A stretch of DNA of 64,000 nt from positions 640,001-704,000 of the forward strand of contig CAVUVW010000014.1 in the NCBI GenBank assembly GCA_963745035.1, given 5' to 3'. Positions 30,076-39,094 of this stretch are shown piece by piece (position 1 is the first letter of the stretch; the number at the start of each line of letters is the position of its first letter). The notes below the pieces were generated by a model. The model saw only the letters and a list, made by a program, of their open reading frames with translations. It was not told the origin of the DNA and made no database searches. The position numbers and the translations under genes were made by a program. The DNA is from an uncultured delta proteobacterium. Its GTDB lineage: Bacteria > Desulfobacterota > Binatia > UBA9968.

Positions 30076-31134
30076 ATGCTCGTGACAACAGCCGAGTCAA
30101 AGGAACGCACCTCTACCCGCGCCATCGTCGGCAGAAATGCGGTGCGTACTGCAACCCGTTTTCTTGCCGGCGCGCTCGTCTTGTTCAGTGCGTTGTGGGC
30201 CGCGGGAGCGATCTACTACGCGCCCATCCCGGGAGAGCATTTACGCGCCGCGCTCGCCGCACTTTGGCTGATCGCCACCGCTCTGGCCTTTGCTTTCGTG
30301 CGGCCCGTCGGTCGCGCCTTGGGCGGCTACCTGATCGCTTTTGCCGCCCTGGTTGCACTTTGGTTTCAGATTCCCGCTTCGAACGATCGCGACTGGCAGC
30401 CGGACGTGTCGGTTACGCCCTATGCGACGATCACCGGAGAGTTGATTACGATTCACGGCGTGAGGAATTTTGACTATCGGACGGAAACGGACTTCATGCC
30501 GCGCTGGGAAACGCGCACCTACGATCTCCGCAACCTCGATTCCGTCGATCTCATCGCGGTGTACTGGGCCGGCAAGGCGATCGCGCATATCATGGTGAGC
30601 TTCGGCTTTGCCGGCAAGGATTATGTCACGGTCTCAATCGAGACCCGCAAGGAACGCGGCGAGAATTATTCGACACTGGCCGGTTTCTTTCGCCAATACG
30701 AGCTGGTTTATGTGGTAGCCGATGATCGTGATGTCATTGGCGTGCGGACGACTTATCGCCAGCCGCAGGAAGACGTCTACGTCTACCGCGTGAAGGCGTC
30801 GCTTGCGAATATCCGCAGGGTCTTTCTCGACTATGTGAAAACCATGAATGACATGCGCGAGCGGCCGCGCTTTTACAATACGCTGACGACCAACTGCACG
30901 ACGACCATTCTCATGCACACGCGAGTAAATCCCGAGTCGCCGCCGATGTCGTGGAAAATTTTGTTGAGCGGCTACGTGCCGGAGTATCTTTACGAGTTGG
31001 GCAAGCTCGACGGCAGCCGGCCGTTCGATGAGCTCGAGCGTCTTTCGCTGGTGAACGCGCGCGCCCACGCAGCCGGTCGCGACGAAAATTTTTCGCGGCT
31101 CATCAGGAAGGGGCTTCCCCTGATTGCGCAATAA
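30076..31134 (+). CDS. DUF4105 (Lnb-like) domain membrane protein
   Basis: SNDRDWQPD, VRNFDYRTETDF, IAHIMVSFGF, FYNTLTTNCTT (His/Cys pair). Confidence 0.85.
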   Translation: MLVTTAESKERTSTRAIVGRNAVRTATRFLAGALVLFSALWAAGAIYYAPIPGEHLRAALAALWLIATALAFAFVRPVGRALGGYLIAFAALVALWFQIPASNDRDWQPDVSVTPYATITGELITIHGVRNFDYRTETDFMPRWETRTYDLRNLDSVDLIAVYWAGKAIAHIMVSFGFAGKDYVTVSIETRKERGENYSTLAGFFRQYELVYVVADDRDVIGVRTTYRQPQEDVYVYRVKASLANIRRVFLDYVKTMNDMRERPRFYNTLTTNCTTTILMHTRVNPESPPMSWKILLSGYVPEYLYELGKLDGSRPFDELERLSLVNARAHAAGRDENFSRLIRKGLPLIAQ

Positions 31135-31318
31135 GACAAAAGGGTCATGCCATGAATTCTCCAAAACTTTCCGCTTCGTTTCGGCGGCGGCTGAGCGAGA
31201 TCGCCATCGGCGGTAGTGACTCATGAGTCACTACCTATGACGAACCGTCAATCGATCAACATTTAGACAGAAGCAAATCATCCAAACGGGAACAATGCTC
31301 GGTATTCCTGGTGACCTC

Positions 31319-31497
31319 GGCATAGTCGCCGTGCTCAGCGACGGCCTGATTAAGACCGACGGCGTGGTCGCCTGCGAGAGCACGCACATCTTCGGAGTCG
31401 CCTCCGAGCTTTGTGGTCCGCTCCGGACACTCGCACCCAATCCCATCCGGAAACCATCGAAGAGGTCCGGCGCATCTTGCGGGAGCACGCCGGCATG
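31319..31497 (+). pseudogene. C-terminal remnant of an alpha/beta hydrolase
   Basis: Removing two +1 bases gives IVAVLSDGLIKTDGVVACESTHIFGVASELVVRSGHSTQSHPETIEEVRRILREH, a DGVV...SGHS...EVRRIL hydrolase tail. No N-terminus is present. Confidence 0.6.
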
Positions 31498-31892
31498 CGC
31501 CAGCGCCGAACTAACCCCGGCAGATCCAGCAATCTATACCTTCGGCTGCCGCGGAAACTGCGGCAGCTCCGACTCAGTAATCCCTGGACTGGTCGCTCGC
31601 GGTGAAAGAAGACATCGTCAGTTTGAACCGCTCGGATCGTCGAGACGTCCCGTCATGATCAACATGAATCGCGGAAAACCGTGTCGGCACCTCTCTTGCA
31701 TTTTGACCGCATTGGCTGCGCAGCGCAATTGACCGAAGGACTTTGGAATCAGAAACTGCGCATTTGTGGAATTCTACGGAACTTTTCTGTTTCGATCGAC
31801 TGCGCGCTAAACGCTGCCGAATTTACTATTTTTTCATACGCACGTAATTATTGCCGGCGAACACAAAACGAGAACCGGAGGAATAAGCTTCT

Positions 31893-32117
31893 ATGGCGGC
31901 GTGGACCTACAAAAATTATTCGATTATTCAGAAAAACCGGCAGAAGGCCCGGCGCTGGCTTTCGACCGCTACCTTTCGCACCCGCCGAGGCGAATTTAGC
32001 CTCACGGCCTACCCGTCGACGACGGAGGGTTATGCCAGCGAGATGAAGGCCCAGCAGGCAACTGAGAAGTTTGTGCAGGACCACATCGACAGAATTGCGC
32101 CGTACGAGCGACCATGA
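31893..32117 (+). CDS. Small hypothetical protein
   Basis: 74 aa, GGAGG upstream of the ATG, fills an otherwise empty gap. Confidence 0.5.
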   Translation: MAAWTYKNYSIIQKNRQKARRWLSTATFRTRRGEFSLTAYPSTTEGYASEMKAQQATEKFVQDHIDRIAPYERP

Positions 32118-32206
32118 CGCCGATTGAACCGCAGCACGCCGGCATCACAGAAAGACGGCGCGATTTGTCATTCGCGGCATAAATATTTGCAGCAAAAACG
32201 CCTAAA

Positions 32207-33067
32207 CTATCCGACCGCCAGCCCCACCACACCCAACACCATCGCGCAAGCACCCGCCAAGCGCCGCGGCACATCGCCCTCGCCGAGCAAACGGGCGCCC
32301 ATCGCCGTGCCGATGAGGATGCTGATTTCGCGCGCGGGCGCGACATAGCTCACCGGCGTGAACTGCATCGCCGTGAGCACGAGAATATAGGCGAGCGGTA
32401 TCAGCACCGCGCAGGCGATGGCCTCGTATTTGTGCTCGCGCCACTCGAGCACCGTCTGGTCCGAATACTTGACCGCCAAAGGTGTGAGAAGTAGCGCTCG
32501 TCCGACATTGGCGCCCCAATCGAGCACCAGCGGAGCGAGCCGGAAGTGGCTGACCGCCTGCTTGTCCCACAACGTATAAGCGGCGATAAAGAAGCCGGTG
32601 ATGAGCGCATAGAATATCGCGTCCCGCGCTCCGCCGTGACGCAACTGCGAGACGTTCGTCGTCAACACCAGTGCGCCGCCTACAATCAACAGCGCGCCGA
32701 CAAGCGCGATCGCCGACGGCCGTTCGCCGAGAAATAGGATCGCCGCGACGCTCGACAGCAGCGGACCGGTGCCGCGCGCCAGCGGATACACCAAAGACAA
32801 GTCGCCGGCGCGGTAACCCTGGTTGAGCAGCACAAAGTACGCGGTATGCAGGGCGGCCGAACCGGCCATCAAGCCGATCGTTACGAAAGTGATCTGGATG
32901 TCCCAAACTTTGATGATCGTGATCGTCGCCGGCGCGTAGAGGAGCGCCGAAAGAACCGCCACCAGCCAGGTAAAAGTAGGATGTCCGCTCGCCTGCTTGT
33001 TGAGCAAGTTCCACGTCGCGTGGATTACCGCGGCCGCCAGAATCAGCGTGAGAGCCCAGCCGGTCAT
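32207..33067 (-). CDS. EamA/DMT family transporter
   Basis: HATWNLL, YRAGDLSLVYPLARGTGP, YTLWDK, VSYVAPAREISI. Confidence 0.9.
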   Translation of the reverse strand: MTGWALTLILAAAVIHATWNLLNKQASGHPTFTWLVAVLSALLYAPATITIIKVWDIQITFVTIGLMAGSAALHTAYFVLLNQGYRAGDLSLVYPLARGTGPLLSSVAAILFLGERPSAIALVGALLIVGGALVLTTNVSQLRHGGARDAIFYALITGFFIAAYTLWDKQAVSHFRLAPLVLDWGANVGRALLLTPLAVKYSDQTVLEWREHKYEAIACAVLIPLAYILVLTAMQFTPVSYVAPAREISILIGTAMGARLLGEGDVPRRLAGACAMVLGVVGLAVG

Positions 33068-33088
33068 GGGAAAATTCGGACCTGGTAA

Positions 33089-33583
33089 CTAAGGGGCAGT
33101 GGCGGCGGGGACAATGACGGAATCGCCGACGCGGATGAGCCCGCCGGAGAGAATATCGGCGCGCAAACCACCGCGGTGAACCAGGCCGCGCAGCGCGCCG
33201 GGCGCGCTTAGACTTTCCAGGTGGGCGCACGGATCGCAGAGCCGCATGCCGCGCAGACGGACTTCGCCGATCACAAATTCGCGGCCGACGAGATGATTTA
33301 ACGCGATCGCGCGCGTGACGATGTTGCGCCGCGCTTGGGCCGGGGAGATGGCGACGCCATAGTCGCGCTCCAAAGCTTCCAATGCCTCGCTCTCGATCAA
33401 GGTGACTTCTCTTCCCGTGCCCGGATGGCTGGAATAGGTGCCAGTTCCATCGTGATAACGATCTCCCCGCAATCCTCTGCCGGCAACGACAAACGCGTTC
33501 GCGATCGACTCCATCGGGGCAGCGCCGGTTCTTGCCACGTGAATCGAAACGATCGTGCCTCGCTCCCTATCTGCGCACGTCAC
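33089..33583 (-). CDS. MOSC domain-containing protein
   Basis: GLRGDRY, REVTLI, RRNIVT, CDPC, RGGLRADILSGGLIRVGD. Confidence 0.9.
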   Translation of the reverse strand: MTCADRERGTIVSIHVARTGAAPMESIANAFVVAGRGLRGDRYHDGTGTYSSHPGTGREVTLIESEALEALERDYGVAISPAQARRNIVTRAIALNHLVGREFVIGEVRLRGMRLCDPCAHLESLSAPGALRGLVHRGGLRADILSGGLIRVGDSVIVPAATAP

Positions 33584-34437
33584 CGCTTTTTTGCAACCAA
33601 AGCCGCAAGCTCCGGCGTCTGCATGCTGTCCTTGAGCATATTGCAGGTGCCCTTTTCCAAAATTTCCTGCGCCAAGCGCTTTGTGGCGGTGATCGCCGCC
33701 TTGGTGAAGCCCGATCCGTAACTGACGCGGGCGACGCCAAGATCCTGCAACTCTTTAACGCTCGGTGATTGCGGACCGGCGAGGATGCTAATCGGCGCCT
33801 GGACTTCTTTCGCCACCGTGCCGATTGTTTCAGCCGAATGGAGGAACAGGTAAAAAATGCAGTCGCCACCCGCTTCGGCATAGGCGTTGCCGCGATGAAT
33901 CGCCTCATGGAGCGCCCTCTTGGGATCGTCGGGCATGACGTGGAAGGAGTCAACGCGTGCATTGAGGAAAAACTCGCTGCCAAGCTCGCGCTTGGTTTCC
34001 ATGACCGCTTTGATTTTGCGCAGTTGCTCGGAAAGCTCGACCAATCCGCCCTTGCTTTTCGACGCGCCGTCCTCGAGATTCATCCCGGCTACGCCGCGCG
34101 CCACTAGCGCGCGCACGGTGTCCCTCACGCCGACTTCATCGCCGTAACCGCGTTCGCCGTCGGCATTGAACGGCACGCTCACCGCCGCTGCGAAGTTGCC
34201 GCTGAGTTCAATAAATTGATCCCGGCTCATCATTTCGCCGTCGAGATATCCCACCGCCGCGGCGATGCCGCCGCTGGTGCCTTGAATCGCCTTAAAGCCC
34301 ATCTGCTCGAACAACAGCGCGCTCAAGACATCGTAGGCGCCCGGCATAATCAAAATCTCCGGTGCTCGGACGAGATCTCTGAGCTTCCGGCTTTTTTCAT
34401 TTGCCGCTGCAATCACAGCGGCCGAAACTGTTTCCAT
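33580..34437 (-). CDS. Isocitrate lyase/PEP mutase family protein
   Basis: PGAYDVLSA, DGERGYG, GMNLED, FLNARVD, AYAEAGGD, LGVARVSYG. Confidence 0.9.
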   Translation of the reverse strand: METVSAAVIAAANEKSRKLRDLVRAPEILIMPGAYDVLSALLFEQMGFKAIQGTSGGIAAAVGYLDGEMMSRDQFIELSGNFAAAVSVPFNADGERGYGDEVGVRDTVRALVARGVAGMNLEDGASKSKGGLVELSEQLRKIKAVMETKRELGSEFFLNARVDSFHVMPDDPKRALHEAIHRGNAYAEAGGDCIFYLFLHSAETIGTVAKEVQAPISILAGPQSPSVKELQDLGVARVSYGSGFTKAAITATKRLAQEILEKGTCNMLKDSMQTPELAALVAKKR

Positions 34438-34558
34438 CACGGCCTCCTTGAATTCAAGTGAATTGTGCCTTGTATCGTAAGGCCTAGGGGTTGCTCGAAG
34501 CAAGCGCTACCGGCTCTGAGAGCCGCACAGTTCGGTGCATGGGCGAAAGAGCAGATGT

Positions 34559-35923
34559 TTAAGATGTGCGCAAAGACGTCGCGTGCCACCGGTCCATGTG
34601 ATAGCGCTCCGTTTCGGAAAGCGCCTCGGCCCGGTAGAAACGGTCATAAAACTCGGTGTCGAGATGGCAGGCTTGAAAACCAAGCACTGTGCGGAAGGGT
34701 GGCATGTACGCGGGAAAGCGACCGTAGCGATTGTAAATATATTCGCAATACGCAGTTGTAGCTTCTACCGCCGCGGAGCTGATTTCGGCGACGGCGTTGG
34801 TGACCGCCGCCGGCTCGCGCCATGCGCTATGCGCCGCGCCGCCGCGGAACAAGCCGCGCGCGCCATATTTCGTTTGAACCACGGCGCGCACGGCTTCTTT
34901 CATGCTCGCGTAGTACGGCGGGCAGTAAGGCTGGAGTAAAATTTCATTGTCCTGTTCCAAGCCCAAAGCATAGGGAACGCCTGGATCGCGCCCGAGAGCG
35001 CGCATCAACCCTCTGGCGAAAGTACCGGCGCCGAAGTACCGGCTCGCCGGCATCTCGGCCATGCGAAATCCGAGAGCCTGAAACCAGGCGAATTCGTGCT
35101 CGGCAAAGTTGGCAAAGCCGCCGAGGCCGATGGCGTGCGACATCAATCCTAAATTTTGCAGCATCATGCCTTGCTCGACGGTGACGAGCTCCGCGACCAT
35201 GAGCTCCAGGCGCTGCACCGTAAACACGCGGCCACCGGCGGGGTCGTCATGCAAATGCCCGCCCTTGCTGCGCGCGAAACGGTCCAGACCAGCGGCGCGA
35301 AATCCCGCGCGCTCGTCAATCACAAATGCGCCGCTATGCTCGTCGAACACGTCGAGCAATCCGTTGATGTACATGAAAGTCAACTCGTTGATCGGCAAAA
35401 AATACGTCGTTCCCGGGGCATACAGAGACCAGCGGTTCACGTTGACGTTGAACATCGGCGCCAGCGGAGGCGCCGCGCGGCCGTCTTTGATCTTGACTCG
35501 CATGCGCCGGTACAGCTCGGTGAACTGCCGCTGCTGCGCTTGGTCGAGCAAGGCGTGAATTTCCTGCGGCGGAAAATCTTGCGGGCGCTTGATCAGGTAA
35601 GCGGCATCGTCGTTGATCACAACCAATGAGACGGTTTGTATGGCGTCGCCGCTGGCGATCGTGCGGCCGAGCGCGCGCGCCACGATGGCACCGCCTTGCC
35701 CTTCGGCAAAGGACAGGTCGAGTAGAGCGAATCCCGTGATGCCGCAGGCGGCGTAAGTCAGCAGCGCTTCTTCTTCCTCGGTCAACGGAAACGAACGGTG
35801 CCGGCTGTCGTAGGCCAGGGGCCCGCTTGCCATCTTCATGCCCAAACCAAAGCGCCGCGAGCGCCGCTTGATCAGCGCGTCGAGGAGCGGATAACCGGCC
35901 CATGGCAGGCTCGTTTCAGACAT
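34559..35923 (-). CDS. Nitroreductase-fold (SagB/ThcOx-like) uncharacterised protein
   Basis: LIKRRSRRF, RTIASG and QNLGLMSHAIGLGG resemble FMN-binding nitroreductase-superfamily motifs. Confidence 0.65.
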   Translation of the reverse strand: MSETSLPWAGYPLLDALIKRRSRRFGLGMKMASGPLAYDSRHRSFPLTEEEEALLTYAACGITGFALLDLSFAEGQGGAIVARALGRTIASGDAIQTVSLVVINDDAAYLIKRPQDFPPQEIHALLDQAQQRQFTELYRRMRVKIKDGRAAPPLAPMFNVNVNRWSLYAPGTTYFLPINELTFMYINGLLDVFDEHSGAFVIDERAGFRAAGLDRFARSKGGHLHDDPAGGRVFTVQRLELMVAELVTVEQGMMLQNLGLMSHAIGLGGFANFAEHEFAWFQALGFRMAEMPASRYFGAGTFARGLMRALGRDPGVPYALGLEQDNEILLQPYCPPYYASMKEAVRAVVQTKYGARGLFRGGAAHSAWREPAAVTNAVAEISSAAVEATTAYCEYIYNRYGRFPAYMPPFRTVLGFQACHLDTEFYDRFYRAEALSETERYHMDRWHATSLRTS

Positions 35924-36018
35924 AGGTACGCCTCCCAACCGGCGTCTTATCACAGATCATGGTGCGAGAGGCTGGGAGAAAAGCTGCCGCAGTAGGCTGT
36001 CCGTCAACGGTGTGTTTA

Positions 36019-36085
36019 CCGTTCATGGTTCGAAAACTTCGAACGGCTCCGCCTCAGCGGTTCGCCTTGGGGCTGTGTCGAAGGA
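36019..36085. repeat. Degenerate REP-like hairpin element
   Basis: ccgttc..ggttcga..cgaacgg followed by ttcgcc..gtcgaagg. Intergenic with imperfect stems. Confidence 0.35.
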
Positions 36086-36118
36086 CTCGCTCGATGATCA
36101 CGACTTTCTTTGGCGAGG

Positions 36119-37714
36119 TCACAAGCGAATCAAGCCGGCGCTCATAAGCGCCTGCCCGGTCAGCCCGATGCCAAAAAACACGATGAATGCTGACGACGTG
36201 AGCGGCAGCCAGCGGGTGAGTAGCTGTCCTTCACCCTGGAACCGTGCCATAAAGCGGCGCGCGTAGACCATCAGCAGCCCAACGGCGATCAGCACGGCAG
36301 CCAAGCCGACGCTAAAGGCCACGATCAGCAACAGGCCGAAGCCGACCCGCTGCAGTGACACCGCGCTCAGCAGGACGACCAGCGCAGCGGGACATGGAAC
36401 GATCCCGCCGCTGATGCCGAGCGTGAGAAGCTCCCGCGGCGACACTGCATGGCGATGATGATGTGAATCGCCATGCGCATGGTGATGGCCATGCCCGGAA
36501 TGATGGTGATGATCCTGATCATGATGACCATGATCAGGACGATGATGTGCCGCTTGTTTCACGCCAAGCCGGCGCACGAACAGAACGATGCCCAAAACGA
36601 TAATCATCACGCCGGAAGTTAGCGCCAGCCAGGGATAAAGTTTCTCCGGCACGACCTGCGCGGATGCGTAAAGCACGATGCCGCCGAGCAGGTAGACTGC
36701 GGCGGTATGCGATGCGGTGACGATAAGCCCAAGAAGCAAGGCGTGCTTCGCCGTCCCGCGGGAGCCGATGAGATACGCCGCCACCAGCGTTTTACCGTGG
36801 CCCGGCTCGAGAGCATGAAACGCGCCGAGGGCGGCGGCGACGAGCAGGGCAAATAGAATCATCGACCAGTTCAACTGTTTGGTCGCGATCAGCTCGGTAA
36901 AAGAATTCTTCGGCGTCAATTGCCGGTTTGGCCGCAGCGCAGGAGCGGGCTCTTCAATGCTAGATTCCGCCGCCTTACTCTCCTGCGGCGCGACGACTGC
37001 GGCAACCGGAACAGCCGGCGCGGCGGCTTTGGCAACGTCCGCGGCGACCGATCGACGGGACGGAACGACTGCGGACGATTCGTTCCTCACCGTTACAGCG
37101 GCACCCCCGACGGCGAAGCTCAATCTCACCTCCAATACCTGCGGTGGTGCATTCAGCAGATCGCTGGGATAGTCCGATAGTTGTGCGCTTTGGTCTTTGG
37201 CCGGCACCGAGCTTTGGATCAACGACGCACCATTCTCGGCGCCGGCGATCACTTCCTTCCAACCCGCGCGCCCGGGGAAATTTCCATCACGATAGAAGAG
37301 CTCGCGGCGTCCGGCCGGAGAATTGTCGAAGCTGCCCTTGAAGACAGTGCCGATTTTCATCGTCGGCAGCGCGCCCGCTCCTTCGGGAAAGAGAATCTTC
37401 CGAGACTCCAGGCGCAGCGGGATTTTTTTGCCGTCCACTTCGAGCTGCAAGCCGTCGCGCAGAGCCGCCGCCTTGCCATCGAGATAACTCGATACGCCGG
37501 GCGCACCGGGCGCCGGCGCAATGCCGTTCTGCTGGATTTCCTGAAAAGTCGGAATCTCCGCCATATCGACGATGTAGCGGAGCTCGACCTCGTCCTTGCC
37601 AACGCGCAGTGCGGAATACTGACTGATACTGAAATTGCCCAGCGGGTGGGCGGAAACGTCGGCGGCCCAGAAAAGCAATAAAGCGATCAAACCGGCCGTC
37701 GCTCGGGCGCGCAT
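36119..37714 (-). CDS. RcnA/HoxN-like Ni/Co transporter with N-terminal exported domain and His-rich loop
   Basis: FHALEPGHGKT, HTAAV, poly-His loop, GIVPCPAALVVLL, FSVGLA. Signal peptide followed by HPLGNFS. Confidence 0.88.
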   Translation of the reverse strand: MRARATAGLIALLLFWAADVSAHPLGNFSISQYSALRVGKDEVELRYIVDMAEIPTFQEIQQNGIAPAPGAPGVSSYLDGKAAALRDGLQLEVDGKKIPLRLESRKILFPEGAGALPTMKIGTVFKGSFDNSPAGRRELFYRDGNFPGRAGWKEVIAGAENGASLIQSSVPAKDQSAQLSDYPSDLLNAPPQVLEVRLSFAVGGAAVTVRNESSAVVPSRRSVAADVAKAAAPAVPVAAVVAPQESKAAESSIEEPAPALRPNRQLTPKNSFTELIATKQLNWSMILFALLVAAALGAFHALEPGHGKTLVAAYLIGSRGTAKHALLLGLIVTASHTAAVYLLGGIVLYASAQVVPEKLYPWLALTSGVMIIVLGIVLFVRRLGVKQAAHHRPDHGHHDQDHHHHSGHGHHHAHGDSHHHRHAVSPRELLTLGISGGIVPCPAALVVLLSAVSLQRVGFGLLLIVAFSVGLAAVLIAVGLLMVYARRFMARFQGEGQLLTRWLPLTSSAFIVFFGIGLTGQALMSAGLIRL

Positions 37715-37718
37715 CGTC

Positions 37719-39029
37719 CTATCTCCCTTCCGCGGATTGAGTCGCGGCGACTCGCGCGCTGTCGCCGTCCATCTGCTGCAGAATTCTCTGCGCCTGTTCG
37801 GCGAAAAGAATATGAAAGTGGGGATTGGTCACGAGCGCGCGGCTTAAAAATTTTCTTGCCTCGTCGAGCTCGCCCAGGCCGTAATGGATCATGCCGGCGT
37901 GAAAAAACAGCTTCGCATCACGGGTTCCGAGCTTGAGCGCTTTATGGATCGCTTCCCGCGCCGCTTTCAGCTCGCCGTTTTTATACAGGTTCCAGGCCAA
38001 GACATCGTATGCGTAGATATCGCGCCGATAGTCCAGTTCCCGCCGGGCCAGCTCCAGGCTTTCCTTCGGATTCATATCGTGATCGGCGTAAAAATAAGCG
38101 AGCTCGCGGTTGTAGAGCGCCTTATTGAGCGCGTTGAGCCTGCCGACGTATTCGACCAATGCGTATTGCTGGCGGGCCAATTCGGGCTTGCCGACTCTCT
38201 CGTAGATCTCGCCTAGCGCTGCGGCGTATTCCGGCATCGGCAAGATCGCGAGCGCTTTTCGATAAAGTTCGATGGCTTCGTCGTACCTTTTCTCCGCCGC
38301 GCGTACCTGCGCCAGGCCGGAGAGTCCACGATAGTAATTGGCATGGGTATCGAGGGATTGCCGAAAACAGGTCTCGGCTTTCTCCAAGTCACCGGCGACG
38401 AAGTGCTCCATACCGAGCTGCCACTCCGCCCACGCGACGCTTTCCGCGGGCTGCTTGGCGATTTTACCAGTGCCAACCGCCCGCTCCAGATCGGCGATCG
38501 CCCCCGCGCTATCACCGCGCAAGCTTTTCAGTCCCGCCAGCCGGCTATAGGAATATAAACTTTGATCCAGCTCCATCATGTAAGCGTAAGCCGCTTGCGC
38601 CTCGGCGTATTGGCCCACCTCCAAGAGCGCGTCGCCCAAGACACCGTAGGCATCGGCGTCTTCGCCATCTCTTTCGATCGCTTGGCGCGCGTAGAGCGCG
38701 GCGGGCGCGAACTCGTGGCGCGAGTAATGGACGTAGGCCAGATGGCGCAGCGCGCCGGCGTTGTGCGGCGCGAGCTGCAAAGTTCGTTTGAGCGCCTCTT
38801 CGGCGCGGTTGAAGTAACTTGGCTCGCCGGTCTCGCGGGCCTTGCGAATGAACGCGTCGGCGAGTCCCAAGTAAACGTTGGCGTTGCGCGAATGGCGCCG
38901 GAGCAATTGTTGGTAGTAAGCGATCTGGTTGTCGGTTCTAATCTGCTGCGCCACCGCTAAATGCGGTGTTACACTGAAAACGCCGAGCAGGACTAGCATC
39001 ATGGTGATCGGGCGTTGCTGGAAGTTCAT
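37719..39029 (-). CDS. Exported tetratricopeptide repeat protein
   Basis: Signal peptide and multiple TPR motifs (AYGVLGDALLEVGQYAEA, YDVLAWNLYKNG, FHAGMIHYGLG). Confidence 0.88.
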   Translation of the reverse strand: MNFQQRPITMMLVLLGVFSVTPHLAVAQQIRTDNQIAYYQQLLRRHSRNANVYLGLADAFIRKARETGEPSYFNRAEEALKRTLQLAPHNAGALRHLAYVHYSRHEFAPAALYARQAIERDGEDADAYGVLGDALLEVGQYAEAQAAYAYMMELDQSLYSYSRLAGLKSLRGDSAGAIADLERAVGTGKIAKQPAESVAWAEWQLGMEHFVAGDLEKAETCFRQSLDTHANYYRGLSGLAQVRAAEKRYDEAIELYRKALAILPMPEYAAALGEIYERVGKPELARQQYALVEYVGRLNALNKALYNRELAYFYADHDMNPKESLELARRELDYRRDIYAYDVLAWNLYKNGELKAAREAIHKALKLGTRDAKLFFHAGMIHYGLGELDEARKFLSRALVTNPHFHILFAEQAQRILQQMDGDSARVAATQSAEGR

Positions 39030-39094
39030 CGGGTCGCTCCCTTTTGGAATTGGCCGGAGGGAGAGATCACTCTCCGCTCCGGCATGAGATAACG

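Noticed and set aside
34559-35923. RiPP (azole) biosynthetic cluster based on the SagB-like motifs
   Set aside because: No YcaO, E1-like protein or precursor peptide nearby.
36448-36548. (tga/tgg)n low-complexity run as a tandem repeat element
   Set aside because: It encodes the His-rich loop of the Ni/Co transporter.
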